A stretch of DNA of 64,000 nucleotides, from the NCBI GenBank assembly GCA_964016885.1, contig OZ024742.1:153760001-153824000 (forward strand), in the 5' to 3' direction. The DNA is from Eledone cirrhosa (taxonomy: Eukaryota). The translations under genes and the position numbers were made by a program. A model generated the notes under the pieces. The model ran no database searches. It saw nothing but the letters and a program-made list of their open reading frames with translations, and was not told where the DNA came from. Positions 1 to 13,494 of the stretch are shown in pieces (the stretch's first letter is position 1; the number at the start of each line of letters is the position of its first letter).

Positions 1-381
1 AGTTCAATTCCAATGTCGGCACTGTAGTGACCTCTGATAAACTTGCCATATACAAAAGGGAATGGCGCCATTTGACAAATTGAAGTTTTGTAAATTACAA
101 AACCTCGAACATAGATGGAGTTATGGTTAAAGATATTGAGATATATTAGCAACAATGTATTTCATTGATGTAACTTCAACCAACATCAAAATGTAACTGT
201 ATGTAACCAAATAAAGCACTCGTGGATCTCACATTCACTCCCTTTGTATCGCTTTCTCTTTCTTTCTCCTCTCTCACATTCTCTCTCACACTACACACAC
301 ACACACACACACAACACGCACGCACACACACACACGCACACATACACACACACGTATATATATATATATATATATATATAC

Positions 382-412
<31 letters not shown>

Positions 413-439
413 TAATTGAGAGAGTTAATTGAGTCTACC

Positions 440-481
<42 letters not shown>

Positions 482-484
482 TAA

Positions 485-575
485 TATAATTGTTTCTACG
501 TTTGGCATAAGGCCAGCAAACAACCCGTGCATTACTGGTACTTTATTTTATCGACCCCGTAAGGATGAACGGCAA
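485..575 (-). mobile_element. tRNA-derived SINE, 3' fragment
   Basis: Matches the 3' half of the window's SINE consensus (CATCCTTACGGGGTCGATAAAATAAAGTACCAG...GTAGAAACAATTAT). Flanked by TACTAATATAAT at 479-490 and 578-589 (TSD-like). Confidence 0.8.
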
Positions 576-1482
576 TGTACTAATATAATAAAAGTGCGTT
601 TGAATCGCAAACTATAATGTTCTCAACACTATCACTTACTTACGAGTAATTTTCATCAAAAGAGAAAAGTTTGCACTTATGAAATTATCTATTATATTGT
701 CGACTAATCACAATTCATCGTCTAAACTCATAATACACTGGTAGTCAGTACAGTCATTAATTTCTGCATATAACCAAAGAGTCAGTACACCCGATCGCTA
801 TACGACTGACTTATGTAATAGAGTATTTAATAGTATGGAGAGTAATGCAGTATTTTGAAAATGTATGATAATATATAACAAATCAAATCTTAGTAAACTT
901 CTACATTTTATGTTTTATTTGTCGAGGAGGAATGCAAATGATTCGAAATGTATTTAAGTAGAAACCTATACACGCGGCAATGGTAAATATCTGGAGTTCA
1001 GCAGCATTTTGAATGTGAATTGGTATTGAGCAGTGACAATTTATTTCTTTTGAAAACAGGATAGAAATACTATATGAAATATGGCTCAAAGTAGAACGAT
1101 TTAAAGTATATAGTATGAACGGTTGTTCTCATTAGTCATCTGTGAAATCTAGCTAAATACATACCAGAAATAAATTATTCAGTGTAAAGATCTACTTGAA
1201 AAACTATAGCTAATGAGGGTAAAAATAACATTATTTTGAGGACTAAAAAGCCACATTCATTATGTAACTTTGTCCATGTTTTAATTAGGCGATGTAAGAA
1301 GGCTATAACTTGTATCCCTGACTTGAACGAATAATTGGAATAACAGTAGTCTTTGAATAGCATTAAAATTATCATTGTAAAAAAATGGTACTACTTAGAA
1401 TTTCAATGATCAGAGACAAAATAATTTAACGGTGGTATGAATATAGAAAAAATGAAAAGGCCATTTATTGAGAGAACGATTA

Positions 1483-1675
1483 TAATAATTGTTTCTACTT
1501 TAGGCACAAGGCCAGCAATTATCCAGTGCATTACTGGTACTTTATTTTATCGACCCCGTAAGGATGAAAGGCAAAGTCAACCTCGGCGGGATTTGAACTC
1601 AGATCGTAAAGGGACGTAACTATGCTGGAAAGCATGGCGTCCGACCCTCTACCGATACTGCCAATCCACCGCCCT
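1483..1675 (-). mobile_element. tRNA-derived SINE, full length (short subfamily)
   Basis: A box TGGCAGTATCGG and B box GAGTTCAAATCC. Central block GCCTTTCATCCTTACGGGGTCGATAAA resembles the Meta/MESC-type SINE core. Direct repeat AGAGAACGATTATAATAAT on both sides. Confidence 0.9.
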
Positions 1676-1806
1676 AGAGAACGATTATAATAATGAATTC
1701 CTAATACACATATTCCGACTCAGAATTTGAACTCATAAATTAGCGATAATATTAACACACCGGTTTTGAGAATGAAGGAACATTTGTCATTAGTTTACAC
1801 ACAACA

Positions 1807-2230
1807 GGGCGGTGGATTGGCAGAGTCGGTAGATGGTTCGACGCTATGCTTTGCAGCATAGAGTTACGAACCTTGAAGGTATGAGTTCAAATCCCACCGA
1901 GGTTAACTTCACCTTTCATATTTACGCGGTCGATAACATAAAGTACTTGTCACGCATTGGGGTCGAATTAATTGACTTTCTCCTCCCCTAACATTGATGG
2001 CCTTGTGCCTATATAAGAAACCATTATTTTACACACAGGGTGGTGGATTGGCAGTATCGGTAGAGGGTCGGACGCAATGCTTTCCAGCATAGTTACGTCC
2101 CTTTACGATCTGAGTTCAAATCCCGCCGAGGTTGACTTTGCCTCTCATCCTTACGGGGTCGATAAAATAAAGTACCAGTAATGCACTGGGTATTTGCTGG
2201 CCTTCTGCCTAAATTAGAAACAATTATTTT
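1807..2230 (+). mobile_element. Two SINEs in tandem (long variant 1807-2030, short variant 2038-2230)
   Basis: Both copies have A/B boxes and the core. TTTACACACA occurs before, between and after them. The first copy has an extra GGGGTCGAATTAATTGACTTTCTCCTCCCC segment. Confidence 0.9.
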
Positions 2231-2745
2231 ACACACAACACACACATACACATATATATATATATATATACATATAACACTTACACACAGACATACACAG
2301 ACATACACACACCTCTTTCTGTCTCTCTCTCTATATATATATATATAAAAGCTTTAACTCTAACATAGCGTTGTATATGAAATACGTAATGCATATCTGG
2401 CGACAGTGCCTATATATAAACATGTAGAAAGCCTTCAGCTATGGATTTGAAGTCTCATAGCGTAGCGCCATCTAGTTTGTTCCTACAGAAGCTAAGTACG
2501 GGCAACTATTGATGATTACGTCATCATTTCTCACTTTTGCTCGTTATCAAACTAGTGATCCCGACAGTTAGAGCCTAATATAAGCTAACAAAAAAGATTT
2601 CAAGGTTATTTATATTGACTGATCAGCCAAATTTGCATAAAGATTAACGGCCGGGTCTATCGGGGAATACGATATAGGCATTAACTCTAAAATAGCTTTA
2701 TATATGGAATACGTCAAGTTGTATGTCTGGCGACATACGGTATGT

Positions 2746-3060
2746 TTATAAATAAACATTTAAAAATACTTCAGCTATGGATTTGAAAACTGAAGGCTTT
2801 CTAAATTTTACATCTTTATTTTTGTTGATGCAGTTATCTATGCCTTTCTTGTAGGGGCATATGTGAGGGTTGAGGTGTCCTTTCACACGGTTATACAGTG
2901 TTTTTATCACGATGCCGATGTAAAATTTGGCACATTTGGCCCATTGTATATTGTGAAACACTAATGTCCGAAGGCACTTGTCTGTGTTGCGGATGGGGTG
3001 GTTCACTAGCAAGCATTGGATTTTGTCGTCTTCAAGCCATTTCCCAACAAAGGATAGTCC
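2746..3060 (-). pseudogene. Decayed PLE GIY-YIG endonuclease remnant
   Basis: Translation contains CAKFYIG...TLYNRVKGH, resembling the C..YIG.T...L..R..EH motif. Confidence 0.45.
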
Positions 3061-3378
3061 GCAACGAATTTTTGGACTGAGTTAAATGTATATTTACTCC
3101 CCCATCCCAACGGTTAACATGAGTTGAAGTATGATAACTTCAAGAAACAGCTATGGGATGGCGTCATATGTTTTTACTGGATTAGAATCCTGACGTCAAC
3201 AGGTAGAAGATGCCGAAAGTCCATTGTCCTGTAACACCTTTAAGACGAAACGCCACGAAATCTTTTGATGTGGTATACATAAATAGCTAGAATAAACGTA
3301 TAGAGTACTTCTATGTCTGTTGATTTGTTCGAAATACGAAATACCCCCAGATATAACGGTTTATATTTATACATGCAA

Positions 3379-3430
<52 letters not shown>

Positions 3431-3437
<7 letters not shown>

Positions 3438-3856
3438 TGGAATTTCAAATTTGCCGGTCATTCGATGCGGGAGGGAGCTACTTAACAGACACGATTTTTA
3501 ACTGTGGTAAGAAATGTTTTTCTTATATCAAAGTTTAATGGGCTTCCACTGATGATTTATAAACGCCCACCTAAATATATTCTTACATGAATGTATATTA
3601 GGCTTCTACATAAACTGGAAATATTCTCCGAATTTGTAGAAAACTTATAATGAAACAATTGTTTAGAAAGAGAGATATATTTTAACTTTAATTATATCTC
3701 ATAAAATAATACAACTGGCTTTTCCACATAATACATATTTTTAGAACCCCAAACACTTAAATTGGGTTTATATTAAAATATAACCTAATGTTTGTTGAGT
3801 GAGATGGTTACCAGTCAGAGATTAGCTTTAAACTATCTCTGTTATTGTATTAATAA
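3431..3856 (+). mobile_element. HHR-bearing repeat (family also at 31480-32652)
   Basis: High similarity to 31778-32185 and 32240-32652. Type I HHR at 3544-3670: CTTCCA-CTGATGA-long stem II-GAAACAATTGTT-TAGAAAG. Bounded by (TA)n. Confidence 0.8.
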
Positions 3857-4006
3857 TTTATATATATATATATATAATGGAATATATGGAGAGTAGAAAT
3901 GGCTGTGGAGTTGCCCCACCATTCGTATCTGTTTACCTGTCTCTCTTCCTCCACCTAATTTTGTTATCCCAAGAACTTAATTTAGTTATTGTATCGCCCT
4001 AGCTGG

Positions 4007-4073
4007 AGGTATATGGTCGGTAATACAAAGAAATACCTATGATGGCTAGTAGACCACTGATGATGGATAGTCC
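4007..4073 (+). ncRNA. Candidate non-circularly permuted hammerhead ribozyme (copy A)
   Basis: AGGTAT-A-TGGTC...GAA-ATACCT...GACCA-CTGATGA. Stem III is 4007-12/4033-38 (6 bp) and stem I is 4014-18/4052-56 (5 bp). All core nucleotides are present. Confidence 0.6.
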
Positions 4074-4563
4074 TGGCTTCTATTTCTAATTCTTTATTAT
4101 ATATATCATATTTGCAACAACACAGATCGCCATTTTTCATTCATATATGCTTTCCCCTTCGCTGTGACCTGTCTTTTTTCTCTTCCCTTGCAGCTATCCT
4201 CTTTCTCTCTCTCTCTCTTTCTCTCCTTCTCCCTCTTAATTTCACTCACCCCCTCTGCTAGTCAGCCTCTCACAGCTAGCCTCTTCCTCATATTTTCACT
4301 CACTCACTCCCTGCTACTCATCCTCTCTCTCACTTCCTTCGTCATCCCACACCCTACGAAATTCTTTCCTCGCTCACATTCGGACGACCAAGATGTGTCC
4401 TTTGCCTTCTCGTCAATATTCACAAGTTTTTATGTTCAAAATGAATCATTGACTTAATTTTATCATATGTGGCCGACCATTCGTGTATTTACCTGTCTCT
4501 CTTTCTGCACCCAACTCTTTTTATCCCAATAACCTAATTTAGTCATTGTATTGCCCTAGCCGG

Positions 4564-4630
4564 AGTTATATGGTATGTAATGAGAAGAAATACCTATGAT
4601 GGCTAGTATACCACTGATGATGGAGAGTCC
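4564..4630 (+). ncRNA. Candidate permuted hammerhead (copy B)
   Basis: Stem I TGGTAT/ATACCA is compensatory relative to TGGTC/GACCA in copy A. Stem III has one mismatch. GAA and CTGATGA are intact. Confidence 0.55.
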
Positions 4631-5023
4631 TGGCTTCTATTTCTAATTCTTTATTAGATATATCGTATTTGCAACACACAGCTCGACATTTTTCATTTAT
4701 ATATATATATATATCGGTGTCCTGTATGTGTGTACACTTATATGTGTGTGTGAGTAAGAATGTTGGTAACATAACATTATATAAATCTGTCCTATTCCTT
4801 AGCAACACAGAACATTTCTTTACAATTTGATGATGAATATCATCAGAGCATTAGAAGCGAGATTATAGAGTATCCCCCTCCCCGCCAAAGAAAACGTATT
4901 TTTGAATGCCATCTACATACATTGTTAGTGATAAACAATCCGTAGTAAATAACATTCTTAAATAACTTATAATGCATTGAAGTAGCTATTAATTCCATTC
5001 AATGGGTTATGCATAACCATATG

Positions 5024-5123
<100 letters not shown>

Positions 5124-5779
5124 GTGTGTGTACGTGTGTGTGTGTGTGTATACCTATTTAGACACGCACACACGCACCCATATACACGCATCCCCAAAAC
5201 ACGCACCTACCACACACTCACCCTCCACACATATTATATATATATAAAACCAAAGAAGCGAAAATTAAACATTAGCTTCGTTGATTCCTTCAAGATCCGT
5301 TAATTGAGCGTTATAAATAAAATAAATCTTCGCTTAAAGGAGTGAAATCAAATAGCCCCCTCCACAAACAATTAGTTAACCTAAGTTGGGGTTCAGGTAT
5401 TATAAACTTTGTAGATATAAATAGGTTATATCAATTATAAATTGCATATCTATAAAATACTTAAAGCCTGTTCAGAGTATCTTTCCTTTTAAATTCTAAC
5501 AACATATCCGTAGTATCGGAACTGTAATCTCTCTATTCGGAGAAATAGCAGCTCTACCAAGAATTACTCTATGATATCGGAGCTACACACACTATTTCGT
5601 AATATTATTCTAGGGAATATGTAGAGGAATCCGATTTGGGCTGATTGTAATCTTGATCGCAATCGTTCGGCTATTATGCCTGATTAGGCATGTGTAGGCT
5701 GGAACATGGAATTGAAGAACGTGTTTAGCTTTTACACCTACCTCGCTCCTGATGACCTTTTATAAAAGCTGGCGCATTA

Positions 5780-6170
5780 TATTTGGGGGGATACTTCTCG
5801 CATTTAATTTTCCTGTACTCCATCACTCGTGAAAACCGTCCCGTGAGTCAATATATTGCAGTGTAGTTGGACACAAACGCATAGTGCTCACATCTTACGA
5901 GGACGAGTCGGTTGGTCTTCGCAGGATTGATGGTTATTCATGCTGTTCAGAAGTTTTCAGAACTCGTCAGAAACCTATCCAATGCTTGACTGATATCATC
6001 TTTCACCGATTTACATAGTACCATGCCGTCTACAAATTCCTGCCGACAGATTCTACGAAAGCCGCCTGCACATGTCAAACTTGGTCATGAGGATTGTGAA
6101 AAGGAAATGTTAAAATACGCCAACATCCACAAAAGATATTTTCGGCAAGCACATTTTATCCGAACACAAA
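5780..6170 (-). pseudogene. Old non-LTR reverse transcriptase remnant
   Basis: Degenerate EFVDGMVLC (FADD-like) and INPAKT motifs with many stops. Confidence 0.3.
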
Positions 6171-6177
6171 TATTATG

Positions 6178-6541
6178 GTAGTATCGGTAGAGAGTCGGAC
6201 GCCATGCTTTCCAGCATAGTTACGTCCCTTGGCTATCTGAGTTCAAATCCCGCCGAGGTTCACTTTGCCTTTCATCCTTACGGGGTCGATAAAATAAAGT
6301 ACAAGTAACGCACTGGGTAATTGCTGGCCTTGTGCCATAAGTAGAAACAATTATTATTGGATTGGCAGTATTGGTAGATGATCGGACGCCATGCTTTCCA
6401 GCATAGTTACCTCCTTTAACGATCGGAATTCAAATCGCGCCAAGGTTGCCTTTGCCTTTCATCCTTACGGGGTCGATAAAATAAAGTACCAGTAATGTAC
6501 TGGGTAATTGCTGGCCTTGTGCCAAATGTAGAAACAATTAT
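6178..6541 (+). mobile_element. Two tandem SINE copies
   Basis: 6178-6356 and 6357-6541 both match the SINE consensus. Confidence 0.88.
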
Positions 6542-6917
6542 AGGAAAATTTGTTAGGTGAATGAACTATGAATATTTCCTTCTAGTTTGAAAACCCTCAT
6601 GTTGCTCTAAGCTTTTCTTCCAAATGAGACAAGATTCTTCTTTGAATAGGCCGATTCTTCTATTTCAATGATAATATAATATACTTCTTTCATTCTGCGA
6701 TTAATGTTGCAGTCCTTGGTGTTTTCTCTTAATTTAAGGACGTCTCTGTTGAACTTTGTTGATATTATTTAACATCCAACAGTATACCCTTCTATGTAAT
6801 TCTTATATCTAACTTTAGGTCAGTCATGTTGTCTTAGATGTTGACATCAGCGTTGCACTGCAACTTATACACATACTAAATGTCAGGTCTCATTCTCTAA
6901 CCTCCACCGCCTCTCTC

Positions 6918-7310
<393 letters not shown>

Positions 7311-7373
7311 ATATATATATATTATACAGGGTCGGGATAATATATATATATATATATTATACAGGGTCGGGAT

Positions 7374-7402
<29 letters not shown>

Positions 7403-7404
<2 letters not shown>

Positions 7405-8725
7405 GAGGTGAGTTTTATTGTAGTACAATAAAGCAATGCAGATCTCGGATAAGAAGCACTCTACAGTTTGTAGGACTGGAGTATACATAATATATAAGAA
7501 CAGAAGATGGTTAAAGGAGTTCCATGTATTTTATTATGCGCATTTCAAAAACAAACATCATCATGCAATAATATTTGTGTTTTCATCAGATAAAACAGGA
7601 GGACATGATATGAAGGCTAAAAAACACTTGTGGATAGTGCAGTTTTAAATCAACATATGAGAAGTAGTTTTAGATTGATGTGTAATATTGGGGAAAATAT
7701 TTTACTTAGAGGGGGGGGGGGAGGAGGAGATGAATATAATGAGGAAGGATGAGATAGGAGGAGAGATTGGTGATAGAGAGAGAGAGATAGTTTTTATAAC
7801 TGAGAAAGATATATTGTTTTACACAGAGGGGTTGAAAACCGTTGGAAGATAATGTATGAATTAAAAGAATTTGAAAATTCACGAAGAAGGTGAGGGAGTT
7901 AATATGTATTGAGAATAATGAGTTTGATGATAGAGAGAAGAAAATAATGAATACCGGATGAATGTTCTAACGTCAAAAAAGTTTTGTATGTTTACAAGTA
8001 TTATGGAAATTTGAAAATTAACGAAATTTGAAAATTAACGAAGAGAAATAAGTGTAAAGTTAAGGATTTGAGAAAAATAATGTGAAGTTAAGGTTTGTAT
8101 ATTGAAAGAATTGATAATATGTGCGAAGAAAGTTAATATGTATTGAGAATGAGTTAGATGATAAGGAGAAAAAAATAATGAATTAAGGATGAATAATCTG
8201 GCGTCAAAACAAATGTATATTTACGAAGGATTTTACAAGGTGAAAATAGAGTAAGGGTAATGAGTAAACAAGTATTATAGAGTGTATAATACCCTTTGAA
8301 ATAAGGTAGGAAGATGGGTATATTTTAAAAGAGGTGTATATTTTAAAAGATGTGCCTTTGAGAAAAAGATTCTAAATTGATAAAGAATTGAATATTAGCT
8401 GTATACTTTGCGAAATGTTTTATGGAATTTATTCAAGCAGTTAGAAAACAAATCAGTTCGTCTATTTATTATAGAATCTAGATTAGAGATAACGGTAAAA
8501 TTTTCATTTAGGCAGAGATTGCAGATTTTAGATATAGAACTGTTCAAGTATGAAGACGCAGAAGAAACCTTCTTCCAAAGGATGGTATATTTAATGTTTT
8601 TGTCTTCCAAGGACCATATGAGTTCTGAGAGAGCCGTGTTGGTTCTTTTAAGTTTGTATTTAAAAGATGAATGATGATTATAGAGACGAGCTTTAAAAGA
8701 GGTGGAAGTGGAGCCAAAATAGATA
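7403..8725 (-). mobile_element. 5'-truncated Naiad-type PLE (family 2): GIY-YIG C-terminus plus 3' region
   Basis: 8725->8395 reads YFGSTSTSFKARLYNHHSSF...TALSELIWSL...ILWK...CNLCLNE...IINRRTDLFSNC. 7403-7655 is shared with 48278-48527. Confidence 0.8.
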
Positions 8726-8804
8726 TATATTATATATAGCCATATATTATATATATATATTATACAGGGTCAGGATAATATAACCATATTCTACTACCTC
8801 ACGT

Positions 8805-8970
8805 TAGAGGGTCGGATGCCATGCTTTCCAGCATAGTTACGTCCCTTTACGATCTGAGTTCAAATCCCACCGAGGTTGGCTTTGCCTTTCATCTTTACGG
8901 GGTCGATAAAATAAAGTACCAGTAATGTATTGCGTAATTGCTGGCCTTGTGCCTAACGTAGAAACAATTG
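8805..8970 (+). mobile_element. SINE, 5'-truncated
   Basis: Matches the SINE consensus from AGAGGGTCGG to GTAGAAACAATT. Confidence 0.85.
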
Positions 8971-9934
8971 TTTATTACTAAAGCTGTGCTACGTATTTCA
9001 ATAGCGATAACGGGTACCGGTTACACTACATCATCATACACCATATTATGTAATAAGCTTAAGTGTCCTAGGCAATCAATTCTAAAGATAATGGAACGGA
9101 CAGGTTTCCTGTTTTCCTCATCGATATCCATCCCCCTGTCAACTTTAGTTCCACTCCATGCGAGCATATAGAGTCCCAGAGAAAGCTTATCTCACGTACT
9201 AACCCCTCCTTCCTTCACAATTGGTGAGTTATTACGGTCACAGAGTTATATTTAGTCTAGCTCCGCGTCCAGCACAGGCCAGCAGTAATGATTCAGAATT
9301 CCAGTGGTAACGTGCACGACCACTAATGACCTGGCAGGACAACGTCTTATCACGTTGAAATATTGTTTAATTCACCAATCAATATAAGTGGATAGATAAT
9401 TTCATTCTTGGGGTAACAATCAGAATTACACATTGAAAATTTAAAAACATAAAACGTGTGAAATAACCATTAAAAAAATGTAAATGGAAACATGTATGAG
9501 TTAGTGTTAGAAATTAGGATTCGTCATTGAACATTAAATGTTTGGAATTAACAATTAACATTTGAAATTTACGATTAAAAACAAAAAAAACTTGTGTCCT
9601 ATTATAGGAAGTACACGGCGTATATAATGTACGAGAGGTAGGTAGTGGAACTTATTAATCGGGTTACTAATAAACTGAAGTAGGAAAATACAGAGAAATA
9701 ATAACGAAATAATGAAGAAAAACTTAAATCATGAAAGGCAATAATTAATTAGCTGATATCAGTCAATCAATTAGATAAAAATGTATACATGAACAAAAAA
9801 TTAACAATGAAGAAAAGACAGTAAACAAGTGAAAGGAGCTGAAATATAAAATAAAAAATCAAATAAGGGTGATAAGTGTTGATGAACTATAATGTACTCA
9901 GTTTATTAATAAAATATGTTAAAACTACAACACC

Positions 9935-11200
9935 GAACATCGCATACTTGAACGTCTTCACCTGTTTCAGAGGAACTCCATTCCTATGTAGAGTTCATTG
10001 CGCAGGCTCCTTGAAAGGACGAGTGTCTCAGCTTTCGCAGCACTGATTTTTATTCCAGCCATGCAGCACTTGGCATTAAACCTATCAAGTGCAATCGGAA
10101 ATCACCTTCTGTTGAGATGAGTAATACCATATCGTCTGCAAATTCCGGCCGACTGATTTTACATCTGCCACTCGTGGAACATCGTCCATCCCTGCGCATG
10201 CTCATGAAAATAATGGGTTCTTATATAGGCACAAGGCCAGACATTTGGGGGGAGGGGAAAGTCGATTAAAGCGACTTCAGTAGGTTAATGGTGCTTTATT
10301 TTATCGGCCAGGTAAGTATTTGAACTCAAACCGTAAAATACCATAACTCTATACTGCAAAGCATGGTGTTCAATTATCTACCGATACTGCCAATCCAGCG
10401 CCCTTTGGTCATGAAAATAATGAACAGGAGAGGTGCTAGCACGCACTCTTGGTGGAGTCCGACTCTCATATTGAATGGTTTAGATTTCGCACCATTTATC
10501 ATAATACAATTACTCGGGAATTGGTACAGAGCCATTGGAGCAACAAGAAGCTGACCATCAACACAATACATCTGCAGAACTGTCCACAGCATGTCCCGAG
10601 GAAAGCATTGATCTGTTTTTTCGTGACAATTCTCCCACGATTTCTCGAAGACATTCCGTAATGTGTATGTTTGGTGAGCTGTACTGAGTGAAGAGCGAAA
10701 ACCACACTATTCATCAGATAACTTGGACACGGCAATCTCTCTGCTTCTCTTTGCCAGACGCTTAGCATAAACTTTACCGGAGAGGCTAAACAGGGAGATC
10801 CTGCTAATATTGGAACAACTTGTCTTGTCACACTTTTAAAAAAATGGGATTATCACTGTCGATTGCCATTGCTTAGGTGCCTTTCTAGAGATCCAGGCCC
10901 GTCCGCACAAATGTTTCAGCCAGAAAATACCATCTGTATTTAGGGTATTTAACAATTTGGGCCGGATTTCATTATCCCAAGCAGCCTACACCACAATTGA
11001 GCTCTTTAACTGCTCTTGCGACCACAGCTTCCGAGAGATTAGTCATCGTTCTGGGGTGACGTCGTGTCCATCAGAAAATGATGTTTTGATGGGGTTTAGG
11101 AATGAGGAAAGCATTCTCTCCCGCGCGCGGGGATGCACCTTTCTCAAGAGAGGAGAACCCCAGACGCGTTCCTCATAGCAGGTATGGAGGAAATGACGAA
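9935..11200 (-). mobile_element. Decayed RTE-clade LINE RT fragment interrupted by a SINE
   Basis: INGAKSKPFNMRVGLHQECVLAPLLFIIFM (GLRQGCVLSPLLF-like), then EFADDMVLL beyond the SINE. Frameshifted. Confidence 0.8.
10216..10404 (-). mobile_element. SINE (long variant) nested in the RTE RT
   Basis: 14-bp TSD TCATGAAAATAATG at 10202-10215 and 10409-10422. Confidence 0.85.
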
Positions 11201-11393
11201 TGCTTAAATATAATTGCATAATTTTTCTCTAATCGTTGTGTTGCATAAATAACTCTGAATCGTCAGCATGTTTACCGTACGATAATATCTCCTATCCGCT
11301 GAGCGCTTTTTGATGTACATGTTGAAAAGCCTCCGCTATCTACACCCTCGTGAAATATATAAACATATATACATATATACATATATATATATA

Positions 11394-11438
<45 letters not shown>

Positions 11439-12022
11439 ACACACACACACACATACACACACATACACACACATATATATATATATACATATGCAAACAT
11501 ATATATCTTTATCTATAATCATATATATATGTGCCTGTGTGTGTGCGTGTGTATGTGTGTATGTGTCCGTCCGTATGTCACTCTTTGCGCAAGCATACAC
11601 AATCATGAAGAAATAAAGACGCAAAGACGCATATATATAGAGAAGCTCTTCGGAAGCGAGAGAAGGAATGCATTTTACCGCAGTTTTCCCTATGTCTCTC
11701 GAATATTTGCAGTAATCTCAAGGTTCTATTACATAACAGAAAATATATTCTAGAGTATATGTGAAACCATTTTTATAAGAGCCGTTTTATGCGACGATAT
11801 TCTTTAACATGAAAGATTATACCACAAAGTATCCATTTCCGAATCAAATATTGATTCAATCCTCTGCTGTCAGATGAATGCATGGAAATACAATATTTGG
11901 TTATTTGCCAAATTTATTTACAGTTGATTTTTTGCCAATTCATAGATTGAAATATTAATTCTCTTCCTGTACTGTACTTCTATTTATCTATTTTCATGCT
12001 CTCTGAGGAGATCAATAATATT

Positions 12023-12121
<99 letters not shown>

Positions 12122-12909
12122 ACTCTCTCTCTCTCTCTCGCTCTATCTCTATCGCTCTGTGACACAGAAGTGTACATACATACACAAAGTCATCTATCTT
12201 ATCTACCTGTGACTCTATATATGTACATATATATATATATATATAAATATATATATATAAATATATATATATGTGTGTGTGAGAGAGTGTGGGTATTTGT
12301 TTGTTTAATGCATACATCTGAATGTGTACGCATGTTTCGTTATTAATTTCCACAAATGTTGAAATAATGAATAAAGTTTCCCCATGTCGTTTGGGAAATA
12401 ATATACACGAGTATGAAACTCAAAGAGATTGGGAGAAAACGAGGATCTTATTGAGATAATGTAATATGATTGTAAGTCGATGTAGTTAGATTACTATTGA
12501 AAAAGAAATATATTGCTCAGCATAAACATATGTATATATAATTGCATCTATATTCCCATCACTCACGCGCAAACGCGCGTGTGTGTGTGTGTGCGTGTGC
12601 GTGTGTGTCAATGTGTCTATAATCATATTATAAATATTTCGTGTGTGTGTACGCGTATGTATCTCTAATTTAATATGCACGTATATTTGCATTGTTTTAA
12701 TAAAGATTTGCAGCCGGATGTCAAACATGACGACAATATTTACCGTACAATTTAATTCTTGTTTGTAAATGTATACATATTGATCACCTAGTTATTTAAA
12801 TGTAATCACATATATAAGTGCATATATATATTCCTTACGAGAATACTCCTGTTTGGAACGAGTGCAAAGACAATCTTATCAAAGTGCGTGATAAAAGAAA
12901 TAGTGTGGT

Positions 12910-12942
<33 letters not shown>

Positions 12943-12943
12943 G

Positions 12944-12989
<46 letters not shown>

Positions 12990-13019
12990 CATATATCTAT
13001 ATGTATATACATACATATG

Positions 13020-13072
<53 letters not shown>

Positions 13073-13096
13073 CATGTGTGTATATATATATGTATG

Positions 13097-13176
<80 letters not shown>

Positions 13177-13494
13177 GGTAAATATTGATGCAATTCAATT
13201 CAAGCACTCAACGTACTTTTTTCACATAGGAGTGACGGAGTAAATATCGAATAAGGAGAAGCGAAGTAGTTTCAGATGTTCAAGTCCTTTAATAATAATG
13301 CTGTGATATATATTTCAATGACGACACTGGCCACACTGTTCTGTGTGCGAGTGTCGTATATATATATACATGTGTGTGTTAGATAGGTGTGTAACAACAG
13401 ATTGAGGCTGTAGGTGGTTCAAATCACTATGCTGTCATTAGATCCGTTTCGCTGGCGTTGCATTCCACTATTACGAAAACATTCTAACAATCAA

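Larger units (their letters stand above)
3915..4700 (+). repeat. CT-rich ~557-bp tandem repeat (about 1.4 units) carrying the permuted hammerhead-like motif
   Basis: 3915-4143 recurs at about 4475-4700. Same family at 25290-25790 and 41680-42552. Confidence 0.85.

Noticed and set aside
2212-2228. SINE tail GAAACAATT resembles the HHR GAAACAATTGTH
   Set aside because: A nine AT-rich base match with no CTGANGA or stems; likely coincidence.
4036-4063. Reading the permuted motif as a type II HHR or a C/D-box snoRNA
   Set aside because: A type II fold leaves stem III unpaired and ignores the covarying upstream strands. There is no proper RUGAUGA...CUGA order with a terminal stem for a snoRNA.
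5747-5775. CTGATGA followed by a CTTTT/AAAAG hairpin
   Set aside because: No GAAA, stem III or stem I.
9240-9320. Tc1/mariner-like peptide on - (LNHYCWPVLDAEL)
   Set aside because: Too short and degenerate, and no TIRs were found.
11235-11340. Possible third subfamily of the permuted HHR on - (TAGCGGAGG...CATGT...ACATG-CTGACGA...TATGCAACAC)
   Set aside because: No GAA and no UH triplet in register; too decayed to support.
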